Positions 39,901 to 51,048 of a stretch of DNA of 64,000 nucleotides are shown piece after piece. A model generated the notes under the pieces. The model worked only from the letters and a program-made list of their open reading frames with translations. It had not been told where the DNA came from and ran no database searches. The position numbers and the translations under genes are program-made. Within the stretch, counting starts at the first letter, position 1. The number at the start of each line of letters is the position of its first letter. This stretch comes from Chrysomallon squamiferum (taxonomy: Eukaryota; Animalia; Mollusca): NCBI GenBank assembly GCA_012295275.1, contig CM022673.1:27156001-27220000 (forward strand), given 5' to 3'.

Positions 39901-42350
39901 AGTATTAAAAGATAAAAAAAAATTAAATATAAGGATAATGTTCATTACAATAAATGAATATTTGTGGTTGTAAAGGTACAGTTCTTATAGGTTTTCATTT
40001 TGTTTTTCAGTAACAAATACAAGAAGAGTTTTTTGTTCTTTATTGTTCTAGTCCACTGGGATCATTTACATGTATTTTGATTTAATAATTAGCTGCCATT
40101 GCCAGAAAAATCACTTCTCTGAGTTTCTCCGCCAAAGAAAGGCATGCCAATACCATAGAGCCACTGAGGTGCCATTGACAATGACCCTTAGCAGCCAGTC
40201 TACGTTTGCCTTAAGCCAGATCATTCCCATGTGTCATAGGCCTATAATCTCTGGTCGAAAACCCTTACCAGTTTTGTGCATTACCTGTTCTTGATCATGT
40301 CTCCATCCAAACGTTTTGACCATGTTTGATCGTGCAGAACATGCCTACATGTTGCTTCTCCATCTTGCATCACCTTTCAAAACTATCCAGGTGGATCATA
40401 AACATCCATGGATTTGAGTATGTGTTTGAAAGAATTTTTTTTTTCTACATGTATTACACTTGATTTGTTTTACTTTGTTTTGGGTTTTTTTATTAACTTT
40501 TTAATTATATACTTTTTTATTATTAGTATTATTTTCTCTGTGTGTGTTGGGTTTTTCTCTTGTGTTTATATAGGTGCGTTGGTAAATTTTGATGGATGTA
40601 GGCAGTTTTGAAATGTTAAAGTAATATATGAAATCAATTATAAGCGTTAAAATGGATTCACATTCAGTTAAGATAGTGTATAGTAAAAAATTTATTCACA
40701 ATATAACAGGAATTAATATTGTTAACTACTGGTCATTATAGCATTTCAGTTAATGTTTCTTAAAGTTGGTTACTCCACAACAGGTTTTTTTTTTTTTTTT
40801 GGTTAAATGATTCCAATTATTAAGGCACAGTTTAGGAATATATAATCTAAGAAGTGTGAATATGTGCATGTTAAATCAACCATTTTTGTATGTTAATTAT
40901 AAACAATATTGTTATAATGATGTTTACACATTTAAACTGGACAGTAAGATGGATATGATACCTGAAGCTTTTTTCTTCTTCTTCTTTTTCCTTAGACATA
41001 TCTTTATGCAGAGCTTGAGTTTCAGAATAGTGTGAATGGAGTAAACTGTTTAATTAATCCTAAACAGAGGAGCAGTGGTTGTTATTTGTAAAGTGTCGTA
41101 ACACTGGCATGTCATGCATTCTTTTTAAACTTTAGTATACATATTTGTTATGCTGCATTTGATATCTTTGTATTGATTGCTTAAATGAATTTTGACTGCT
41201 AATAAATGAGAATTTTCTTTTATTTTGTATTTGCAGGACTGCGTGAAGTACGAGAATGGACGCCAAGTCAACGGGCAGGCAATTATTGTTGAGTGGGCTA
41301 AGGGGAATCCAAGGCAGCCCCTGGTGAGGGTAAATCATTAATTTATTATTGTTTTTATCAACAGCTTAAGATTACAGTTTTTTTTATTTTTCCATTCTTA
41401 CGGTTTCTTGTAAAGTAGCTTCATTAGTACAGTTTAAAAAAATAAATAAATAAAGCTTTATCTATTAAAAATACCAGTATCGGTTTTGGTATTAAGATGT
41501 GTTTTATGCGATTTACTTCAGTCACAGATGAGGATTATGTTTAGTTGTTTTTGTTGCTTAGAATAACATTCTCTTTGAAGGGCTACGACGAGTGCTACAA
41601 ATGTCACAGTGTTGGTCACTGGGCACGAGACTGTCCAGATGAGCGCTATGGAGGTTATGGTGGAAGAGGGGGTGGTGGAAGCTATGGAGGACGGTCAAAC
41701 CGAAGGTACAGATCTCCTTCACCTCGCAGCAGACGAAGACGGTAACACTACTGTGTTTTATTTTATCTTAAAAAACAAAAGTTTTAAGTTCTCATTTTCA
41801 TTTGTTTAACTGTAAGAAGCAAAATTGGGCTGGAATGTATGGTGGGTCCTTAATCTAGGTGTGTGGTGAAGGTTTCCCTCCATGTTGAAGAAGTAGGTGA
41901 GATACACTTAGCTTGTGAGAGGGTTTTTTTTTTTTTTATGTTTAAAATATATAAAAATATATATGCACACAATGGTATATGTGAAATGTGAAAATAATGT
42001 TAAATTTTATTGACTTTCCCAGATCCCGATCAAGGTCCAGGGACAGGAGGCGAAGTCGCAGCCAGAGCAGTGACCGAAAGAGGCGCAGTCGAGACAGGGA
42101 CAGCAGACGCAGAAGTAACAGAAGCAGAAGTGCCAGTGAGGACAGACACAGGAAATCAAAGAGCAGGTCTGCCAGCCCCAAAAGGAAATCCAAAAGCAGG
42201 TCAATTTCAAAATCAAAATCCCGCAGCCCATCGAGGAGCCCAGCACAGAATGGAGATGGCTATAATCAGAGGTCAAGGTCGCACTCGCGGAGCAGATCAC
42301 CCAAACCACGGAGAAGCAGATCGTCAAGTCCTAAACCAGATCAGTTCTGA
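36954..42350 (+). CDS. SR splicing factor paralog B (RRM + CCHC zinc knuckle + RS domain), ~249 aa
   Basis: Exons 36954-37074, 38919-38930 (12 nt), 39371-39411, 41237-41323 (or 41329), 41581-41741, 42023-42350; same intron positions and phases as paralog A; MSRRSDGQLFVGRLNKSTRVRDLEELFEPYGRMIRCDIKYGAEMAYAFIDFEDKRDAEDCVKYENGRQVNGQAIIVEWAKGNPR...CYKCHSVGHWARDC..GGRGGGG..RS. Confidence 0.95.
40093..40417 (+). other. Poison (PTC-containing) cassette exon of SR paralog B
   Basis: Acceptor taattAG|CTGCCATTG at 40093; in-frame TGA at 40120-40122; donors CAG|GTGGAT (40390) and TGA|GTATGT (40417); homologous to 27264-26955. Confidence 0.85.
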
Positions 42351-43703
42351 AGATAATTGACAGTGCTTGCTTGTTACAGCAGAGTTAAAGTCTGGATGTA
42401 ATACACCATGCATATATAATTCAGTATTGTACAGTATGGTAAAATATCAAAAATGTAAAATGTCATTCATGTTCAGGTTAATTAAAAAGATCTTTATTAT
42501 CATACGCTATGAAAGTACATTTCATCAAATTATTTACTCATTCAATAAACTTGTTCACATTTTTGTATTTTTAAATCAGTCTTTTAAAATTGTATGTATA
42601 TTGTTTTTCTTCCTACTTTGTTATTTTTTTTCTTATTTTTTTTGAGGGAGGGGTTTCAAAGCACTTACTGTCAAGATGTATACATTAACATTCAAGTCAG
42701 TTTCACAGTGTTATTAATTTGTATTTAAGATCCATTGAAACTGATTATTATACAAACTACATAAATTTTCTTCTTGTTGAAATAAAAGACGTTTTAAATG
42801 ATGAAACTTGTTTTGTTTTTGGTTGCCATTTACACTGTTAGTCCAGTTTAGTAGTAATCTTTATGGTGAAATTACAATATAACGGAGCTAGTCTAAATAT
42901 CTTAATACAATATGTAAAAACTTGGATTTATTAAAGAGAAATATTTTAAGAGGTCTTTCTTGTAAAGTTTTATTTATTCCTGTAATAAGTCAACACCCGC
43001 ACAAAAACTCAATGACCTTGAGATGTATCAAGGTCAATTGGTAGCAGCTGGTTTGTATTGGCTTAAAGACAAAAGATACATTTCAGTCAATAACGACAGA
43101 ATTATTATGTTTGAAATGAAATTGTAAATGGCTACTATGGTGGTTAAATATTTAGTTCATACATCAGTTTTCTTCAACTATTTTCTTTTCTTGAATAAAA
43201 ACGGGCAGTTTTATTTCTTCAGTAGCTTAAAATAAATTATCCCTAATGTGAATTGCAGTCATCAGTGAACTTTAATCTTGCTCCTGACATTCTTATCAGC
43301 TCATAATTTTTTTTATCTTTCAGTTTCTCATAAAGCTATTTAACTGATTTTATTTACTTAGATAATATAAAAGATTTAATCATGCACATAATTTTCCAGC
43401 AAACTGTTAAAATATTTTGAAAGGAACACGACATTGTAAATCTATGAACTTGTGGGGTGGAACATAACAAATGAACAAATTTCGGCATATTTATATATAT
43501 ACATATTATTTTATTATTTTGTGTATGTGTGTTATTTGGAAGAGAAAAAATAAGGCTCTGATCACTGTACATTACTTACAAATATCTGAAAAGTGATTTA
43601 AAAACTGAATTACTGCATCTTGGTTATTATAATTTCAGTATTGGAAAGTTCATGGGACTGAGGCAACGACCGAGTACATTAATAATGAATATTTAAAGTT
43701 AAA

Positions 43704-43734
<31 letters not shown>

Positions 43735-44377
43735 TTAATATCTACGTACAATGTTGATAATCTGACTTAACTCCATAAAACGAATTCAGTTATCTGAAGC
43801 TGAGGGGCGTGACATTCAATTAAAAACAATATATCTTCAAATCTGCATTTATATAGCGATGTATCAAATCTGTGACACGTGCTCTGTGTGCAACCGAGCA
43901 CATTTTTAAATTAAACCTGACTGGTATTTTGGAACTGATTTTAGGATAACATTATCAGAAAGAAGTGTCGCAGATGTTTGCACAGTGGCTTGCCTAATTT
44001 CAGTGCAAGCCACAGGCACCATTTTCCGTGTGTGTTCAACATCCAGCAGTCTTAAAATGATCACTTTTAACCTTTTGATTGAATTCGTGTTAGTTTGACA
44101 TTACAGTATACTGATTTTGTGTTGAAATTATTATTAAATAAACTGTAACCTTTGGCGATAAAAAAGAAAAAGTCTAAAAGTATGCTGCATATTCTCAAGA
44201 TTTATTTTATTTATTTGTTTGTATTGTTGCTGTTGTCCTGTGTTAATTAATAACGAAGAGGACAATTTAAAATATACCTGGACGACCTCCTTTTTTTCTT
44301 TCCTTTTTTTAAATTTATTATCCTTGTGTCACTATGTAAAGGGCAGACCGGTTTCCTGTCAGTTGTGAAGTGGTAAA

Positions 44378-44594
44378 ATGGCGGCATTGTTTAAACGCCA
44401 TAGAGGTATTCATTTGTCTAGTAGCATCAAATGTACTATTTTAAAGGCCAATATTAGATTTTTTGTGAATTGTTTGCTCTTCTTTTCTTCTTTTTTTTTC
44501 AGTTTTTTTTTTTTTTTTTCACTGTTTTTTTTTTTATATATATATATATATATATTATTATATATTTTTGATATTATTATTATTTTATTATTTA

Positions 44595-44625
<31 letters not shown>

Positions 44626-44769
44626 TTTATTTTTTTTTATTTTATTTTATTATTATTTTTTTTTTCTGCTGATAGGAATAGACTAGTGGTCTCGTTTTTT
44701 TTTTTTTTTTTGAAACCTGAACATCCCATTACATTAATTTTTTTGCTGAATACTGAAGATAGAACTGAG

Positions 44770-44853
<84 letters not shown>

Positions 44854-47227
44854 TGTGTGTGTGTGTGTGTGTGTGTTCATTTGGTATCTTGGCCCTCCTC
44901 CAAAACAATGCATATCTGACTGAACCCCTCTATAAAAAACAGTACCGACCCTTGGTATAAATCAGGAGACGTCCATACAATAATAATAGTAATATAAACT
45001 TCACGTATGGTTTTACCTTAACTGAGTACATAATAGTTAGAGCATATGTACATGCCATAAATTACATTCTGTTCATACTGTACTCTAGGAAGTTGAAAAT
45101 GTATTAATCGTGGTGAAATTTATCGGATTACTGAACCTACAACAAAGTGCTGATTTTTGAATAATCGGAAAAGACAGGCGCTGTTCTAGGAGTAAAGATA
45201 CGGTGAGAATTCATGTGGTGGATGAATGTTTAAAAAATAGAATAAAGTTTAAAATAAATAAATAAATAAATAAATGAAGAATTTAAAAAATATATATATA
45301 TAAAGGAGAAAAACATAACTAAGACCCTTTTCCCCTAATTTCTTTTGCCGATCTTCTGCAGAGAAAGCCATTTGATCTGCATGACCAGATCTGTATCAGT
45401 TTCGGGTTAAGTTACTTCTCTGACTACGAAAAGTACAACATTTCTTCTTCTTTTAATATAATAGGGAGCTAGGCACTTATCGGGAATGGACTACAGCTTA
45501 GTACATTTTATCTGTGGGCGTGGTAATTTTAAGTTTGTCCAGTAATTTAACATTTTTAATATCATAGTATACCTTTGTGCGTATGAACACGTTATCTAAT
45601 AAAAGTCTTTCTACTTCCAAGTTATTTTGTTTTGCATCACCGCTTATAATAGAATATGACAATAAAATAATTCGGTAACAAAATCAAAAAATTAAGAATA
45701 AAAAGCCTTATATGAGAAATATTATGTGCCACACATCAAGTTTCAAATACGTTCACTGTTAGGTTTTCATCATTAGTGGCAGTAGTGGTGACAGTATGTT
45801 TTATTATTATTGCCGTTGCTGTTGTTGTTATTGTTAGCAGCAGTAGCAGAGGTACTAGTGGTAGTAGCTATTGCTGAGTTGCAGTTGTTAGAAGTAGTAG
45901 TTTGAGTAGCAGTGACAACAGTAGTAATAACAGTACTAGTTGCAGTAAAATTGATAATACAGTATTCCCTCGCTATTCGCGGGGGTTACGTTCTTTACCC
46001 CCCCCCCCGCGAATAGCGAAAAACCGCGAATATTGGATGCAGTTTTAAAACGTCTATTATGAGATTATATACGGTACTAAATGCTTCCCAAACACTTTCT
46101 AAAGACACTCTTACTCACTAATACAGTAATAATGTAGTAATATTGCATGCAGTTATGTATTTTACTAATGTAGTAATGATAATGTAAACACATTTTAATT
46201 TTGTACTGAAACAATATTTTAATCAGAAAGAAACGTAAGTACATGAGGACAGTAACACCGCATAGCATAGTTACCCATACTGTATTACTGTACCGTAAAG
46301 TCATTTTCTATGCGTACAACATATGTATTAGAATTGACAGAAAGTGGAACAAATTTAAAGGCAAAACAGACAGATAAATACAGTACGCACAGTTCAGGTA
46401 ATAATATGCAATTAAAAACATTATTAATACACGGTCACAAAAAATATGCACTGTATATACAGTGTATGCATTTATAAAAAAAATACGTACTGTATTGCAA
46501 TAATAATTGAAAAAATTTGATATTGTTTGTGCGGTTTACCGAGCATTTGTTTTTATGACGTTATGACGCTCGCCTGATATACCAGCATACGATGCGATAG
46601 GGTTAAGAGCCTAACCCGCGAATATGCGGGGCCGCGAATGGGGAACCGCGAATAGGTGAGGGTATACTGTAATAAAAGTAATAAATTTATTCCGACGCCT
46701 GTCCCCCCCCCCTCTCAAATACATACACTGTACGTGTGTGTGTGTGTATGTACATATGCGTGTTTTGAAGCGTTTAAAGTCAATATCAGTTTATCGATTG
46801 ACGGAACAGCCGGTTTCATTGTTAACAGATATAGATCATGTCAGATAAAGAAAACACCGCATTTCATAAAACTATCCAGCGGTAAGATATTTATCATATT
46901 GCATTATTTATGCGAACATTTTAGTTAATTTATGCGGATGTAATACCGTATCTAAGCGCAAACATAAAGTATAAATAATATTGAAAGATCTATATGCTCA
47001 GACATACTCATACACACACACACACACACACATATAGACACACACACACATACATACATACATACACACACACACCCAAAATACACGTCCTTCAGTTAAT
47101 AACCATTTAATTGTTCTTATACACAGATGTAAAATGCATATTTTGGGGTATCATTTTAGGCCTAGTTTATATTACAGATGCGGCAGCGTCGCAGCACTTC
47201 GATAACAAGCGTCAACGCTTACGTTGA
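44378..47227 (+). CDS. Candidate two-exon small ORF (25 aa) MAALFKRHRDAAASQHFDNKRQRLR
   Basis: aaaATGG start; exon 44378-44405 with AG|GTATTC donor; acceptor tttatattacAG|47178; TGA at 47225-47227; phase 1 join; promoter-like motifs upstream. No homology recognised. Confidence 0.25.
44774..44876. repeat. (GA)n(GT)n compound microsatellite
   Basis: Direct inspection. Confidence 0.95.
45960..46669. mobile_element. Non-autonomous Tc1/mariner-superfamily (pogo/Tigger-like) MITE, ~710 bp
   Basis: TA target-site duplications (45958-59, 46670-71); imperfect TIRs CAGTATTCCCTCGCTATTCGCGG / CCGCGAATAGGTGAGGGTATACTG; repeated subterminal CCGCGAAT motifs at both ends; no transposase ORF. Confidence 0.85.
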
Positions 47228-47716
47228 CGTCCAGCGTTAACAAATATTCTACCGACACTACCACTCCTACCTATACGATTTTTTTGCGATTAACTTTAAC
47301 TACTTTAAAATGGCGCCATATGTATATAGTGTTGCATGACGTCATAACCACTATTTAGAGTAATGATGCAGGAAATTCAGAAATCTCCACTATGTATGCG
47401 TTTACGTGCGTCCATGATATGAATATTTATGGTTGCGAAGATCGATATACATGTATGTTCACCTATCAGTTTGTGTTAATCATCTAGTTGGCTTCTCTTT
47501 TCTTTTCTTTTTTCAATCGCCTTGGTGCGACTTTATTTTGCATGTAATTTACACAGCCAGATACTATCAGGGGTAGATGCCAAAATGCTGCATCTGAATT
47601 GACAATATTTCAGATCGTGTAATCTAGATTTGGTGTAAAGATTTCAAGGACGAATAAGAACATGAGAACCCGCGTGTGGCCTAGTACATACTTCGGGTGC
47701 GGCAATCGTTGCGAAA

Positions 47717-47770
47717 AATATCTTTGTTACTGAGAGTTAACCTGTACTAACGCTCAGTAACAAAGATATT
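47717..47770. other. Near-perfect hairpin (18 bp + mismatch + 4 bp stem, 8-nt loop)
   Basis: AATATCTTTGTTACTGAG-A-GTTA-acctgtac-TAAC-G-CTCAGTAACAAAGATATT. Confidence 0.85.
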
Positions 47771-49523
47771 CTACAATAATATTCATTACCGCTAAGGCTG
47801 CCCAAATGCTCGAGTTGAAAATATTTTAATTTTTAAGTCTTAATTACACCGAAGAACGGTAGCAGAAAACCGTAAACCGAATTTTTTCTTCTTTTTTTAA
47901 TTTAATTTTTAATTTTAAATTTTAAATTTTTGTTTTTTTAATATTACGAATATATATATATATACGTCGCCATCTGGGGTACATCTTCCTCATTCACCAA
48001 AGTACGCCCACACTAAAAACACTGAAGTACATGTCTGCACGATTCGGTTCCCAACACCTGTTACAAATACTGGTAGACTTCCATCTGTTCTTAGACGTCG
48101 ATAGGTCTTATTTCGCATATTATTTGCAAATACAAAATCGTTACATTCGTGATACAGTTGCCATATTTAAATTCAATTCCGAAACATGGCCTCGATCAGT
48201 TTAAAGTACACACAACTAATGCCGAACTTATTGGGCATTATGGTTTGAAAACGAACGTCATTCAAATTAAATGATATAAAATCGTTGTACTGTTAATAAT
48301 GAGGCAGTAAAGAAATAACTCACGGACACTTTCGAAGTATCAGTCTGGTTAAAATGTCATTTGCAACAGTTTTATTTGTTTTGTATTAGTGTTTTTTCTG
48401 GACTTTTTCTTTTAAAAAAACAACAAAAATCCAAAACCCAAATTAATGTTGGCCTACAAAGATTAGTTTCAAAGATTGCGATTTATGAAGTATTCATATA
48501 TTAATGGAGTTACATTCAGACAGCGGCATGACAGCATGTGTGTGTGCATCCAATCAAAGAGTGATATTAAAATTAAGCTTTTTGAAATTTGAAATTCAAA
48601 ATAAATAAAAAACAGTATTTCAAGTATTTTCGCACAAATTTCATTTGGAACATCTAACTTAATTGATGTGGATGATTTGAACAAAAAGTTTACGTATGTT
48701 TAAGATGTTTACTTTTCTCTCATTTCTCAGTACAAGGCCATATATTGGTTCATACCAGACATCACTGCATGCAGATGCAGTAGAACTGTAAGCTGCGTGC
48801 AGTTTCAATTTCTGAATTTCTATGGTATCTCTGCTTTCTCTATTGCATTTAGATGGAAGCACAGACAGATCTATTATGAAGCTTTTAAAACTCTAGAGGG
48901 TTCCCAGCAGCAACTTAATCTACATTGCTTCAAAATTTTAATCCAGATCTGAGATTCTGAGGTTAATTTTTAATTTAAAATTTTTATAATTTATTGAACA
49001 AGCCCACCTGAAGAAGATACAAGTGGTTATTAAGACATGGTTCAATATAGTTCAAGCTTCAGAGCCCCACCATTTAAAACAGGACAGTTGTCCCCAGTAT
49101 GAGTGATTACAGCCTACAGTGGTGTGTATAAGATTCCACTGTATTAGAAGTCCAAATTTTGTTCACCATGTTCATCATGTTGGATTAAACTTCCAGCAAG
49201 TCATGTGATCAAAGGTCATAGTGTTTGCTTCCTGTTTATAACTGTGTGTGCTAATGAAAGATGCCATTTAAAATGAGCAAACTTGAAATGTGTCAGAATG
49301 AACAGATGTATTTTTGACAGAGAAAAACTAATTGATAGATTCTACTTCTATACAAAACTGTAGTTCTATTTTTACCTCATCAGACATTTATTTTTCATTA
49401 CAGACATCATTATGAAAGTATTGAAAATAAGCTACAAACATGAATATTAGTATCCCATTGATAAAACTTTCACAAGTTCACAATTAAAACCCTGACCAAA
49501 ACATAAATAAATGTACTCACTCA

Positions 49524-49574
<51 letters not shown>

Positions 49575-49638
49575 ATAAATGTACTCTCTCTCTCTCTCAA
49601 TATATGTATGTATATATGTATTTTTACATAAACAAAAA

Positions 49639-50370
49639 TCAAAGATACTGGATCTGTGCATTCGTACAAACAGGCAGCACAGCTCCTTCTACAATCTGAA
49701 TACTCCACAGATCTCTGTAACTCTGCTCCACTATCAGACAGTTAACTAGACACTTGTCATATCCTGATGACGACGACAGATCTGAACTTTCTAACTTCCA
49801 GCCTCGGTTTCGCAACATTTCTCCTAACCGTAAACGGGAGTTACTGCCAATGAGTTCGACCTCAGTAAAGTCGCTTCCATTTTTCACAGCAAGCTTCTCC
49901 ATAGCGTCTGCACCAACAAGGTACTCTGGAAGTGTCACGATGACATCTTTTTGTCCTGACAGTATAGTCTTTATTCGTGAATTATTTGTTGGCATTGTCG
50001 CTGTGGATCCTGTCCTTAGTTCAATCACCTCCAAGTTGTATGTCACATATTTTGGATTCTGCTGTTCCTTAAGGTGTGTTATTGCATCAATAAGTGGACT
50101 GATCTGATAAAAGTCTGCCTCTGTCATTAACAGATCATAATCTTTGAAATCGGTTGGAAGAGCTAGTCGAGATGATCGCAAGAAATTCAAAATGTATCTG
50201 AAAATTTCCCCATCTCTGTCGATAAAGAAATTTCCACTTGCATCCACAGTTGATGGAAATGCCCCACTTACCATTGCTCCCAACATGGAATCTGGATATT
50301 TGCTAAGTGTATGTCTGGTTGTTGTGTAGACTGTCCCTCCTACATTTAAAGTAACTGGTGATCCATCCAT
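49639..50370 (-). CDS. BTB/POZ (T1-type) KCTD protein, KCTD6/11/21-like, 243 aa, single coding exon
   Basis: MDGSPVTLNVGGTVYTTTRHTLSKYPDSMLGAM..GNFFIDRDGEIFRYILNFLR..EADFYQISPLI; acceptor tttacAG|50406 upstream of the ATG, so the Leu-rich N-terminus of the ORF track is intronic repeat. Confidence 0.9.
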   Translation of the reverse strand: MDGSPVTLNVGGTVYTTTRHTLSKYPDSMLGAMVSGAFPSTVDASGNFFIDRDGEIFRYILNFLRSSRLALPTDFKDYDLLMTEADFYQISPLIDAITHLKEQQNPKYVTYNLEVIELRTGSTATMPTNNSRIKTILSGQKDVIVTLPEYLVGADAMEKLAVKNGSDFTEVELIGSNSRLRLGEMLRNRGWKLESSDLSSSSGYDKCLVNCLIVEQSYRDLWSIQIVEGAVLPVCTNAQIQYL

Positions 50371-50406
50371 ACTTTTTGTCTGATCCCTTAAATTAGGTTT
50401 ATGTAT

Positions 50407-51048
50407 CTGTAAATAATCATAATAATAATAATGTAGCCGTGGTAATAGTAGTAATATTAATAATAACAGTAATACTAGTAGTAGTAGGAGCAGCAGCAAT
50501 AACGAGCGTGGCAGTAGTAGGAGTTGCACTATTAATACTAGCAGAAGCAAATTAAAACGATTTTGTACATAAACATATCCTTTGATTTTGTTTTCGTTAA
50601 CAAAAAACGTCCTGTCTGGTTTTATGGAAACACGGAAAGAAAACGAAACTTGTTTTAATAATTGTTAGCATTGTCGTCAATAAATACTTTATATTTTTAC
50701 CCCCAAAAATGTTGTCAATAAACGAAAATAACCACTAATGAAATCACAAAAGACTATTACTAAGAACCTAAAAATGACTTCATTCGTAAGGATTTGCTGT
50801 TCCCTCACCGAGCTGTCATCATGTCACACGTGTAAAACGTAGAATTATTTCCCTTTGGCTTTTAAAGTACTTTTTCACTTTGTATTGGTACTCGTCCATT
50901 CTGCGAATATATTAAGAATACATTAAAAGCGACAGAAAAACACTTTCGAAAAACCGGTGTATTCGCTAAGACTAAGAAGAGTGTTGTTTACCTATTAACA
51001 TGTGAGATTGATTCTTGACATCATCTCACGCACACTGTTTGCTATTCA
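50407..51048. promoter_or_regulatory. Head-to-head KCTD / choline kinase promoter and 5'UTR region
   Basis: Divergent genes with ATGs <810 bp apart; CpG-enriched; candidate minus-strand donors near 50807 and 50991. Confidence 0.5.

Noticed and set aside
40070-40294. 74-aa ORF overlapping the B poison exon as a coding gene
   Set aside because: Starts upstream of the acceptor, and paralog A has a 1-nt indel in the conserved core, so the frame is not conserved
45190-45202. 13-nt exon linking the 44378 exon to choline kinase exon 2 in frame
   Set aside because: Weak acceptor; it would skip the conserved first kinase exon and span KCTD; no support
47754-47767. 14-nt similarity (TCAGTAACAAAGAT) to mammalian miR-802 as recalled
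   Set aside because: That family is vertebrate-restricted as far as I know, and the match is on the 3' arm and does not extend; coincidence
50407-50550. Leu-rich signal/TM-like N-terminus of the 303-aa KCTD ORF
   Set aside because: Derived from intronic trinucleotide repeats upstream of the acceptor at 50407; no ATG start
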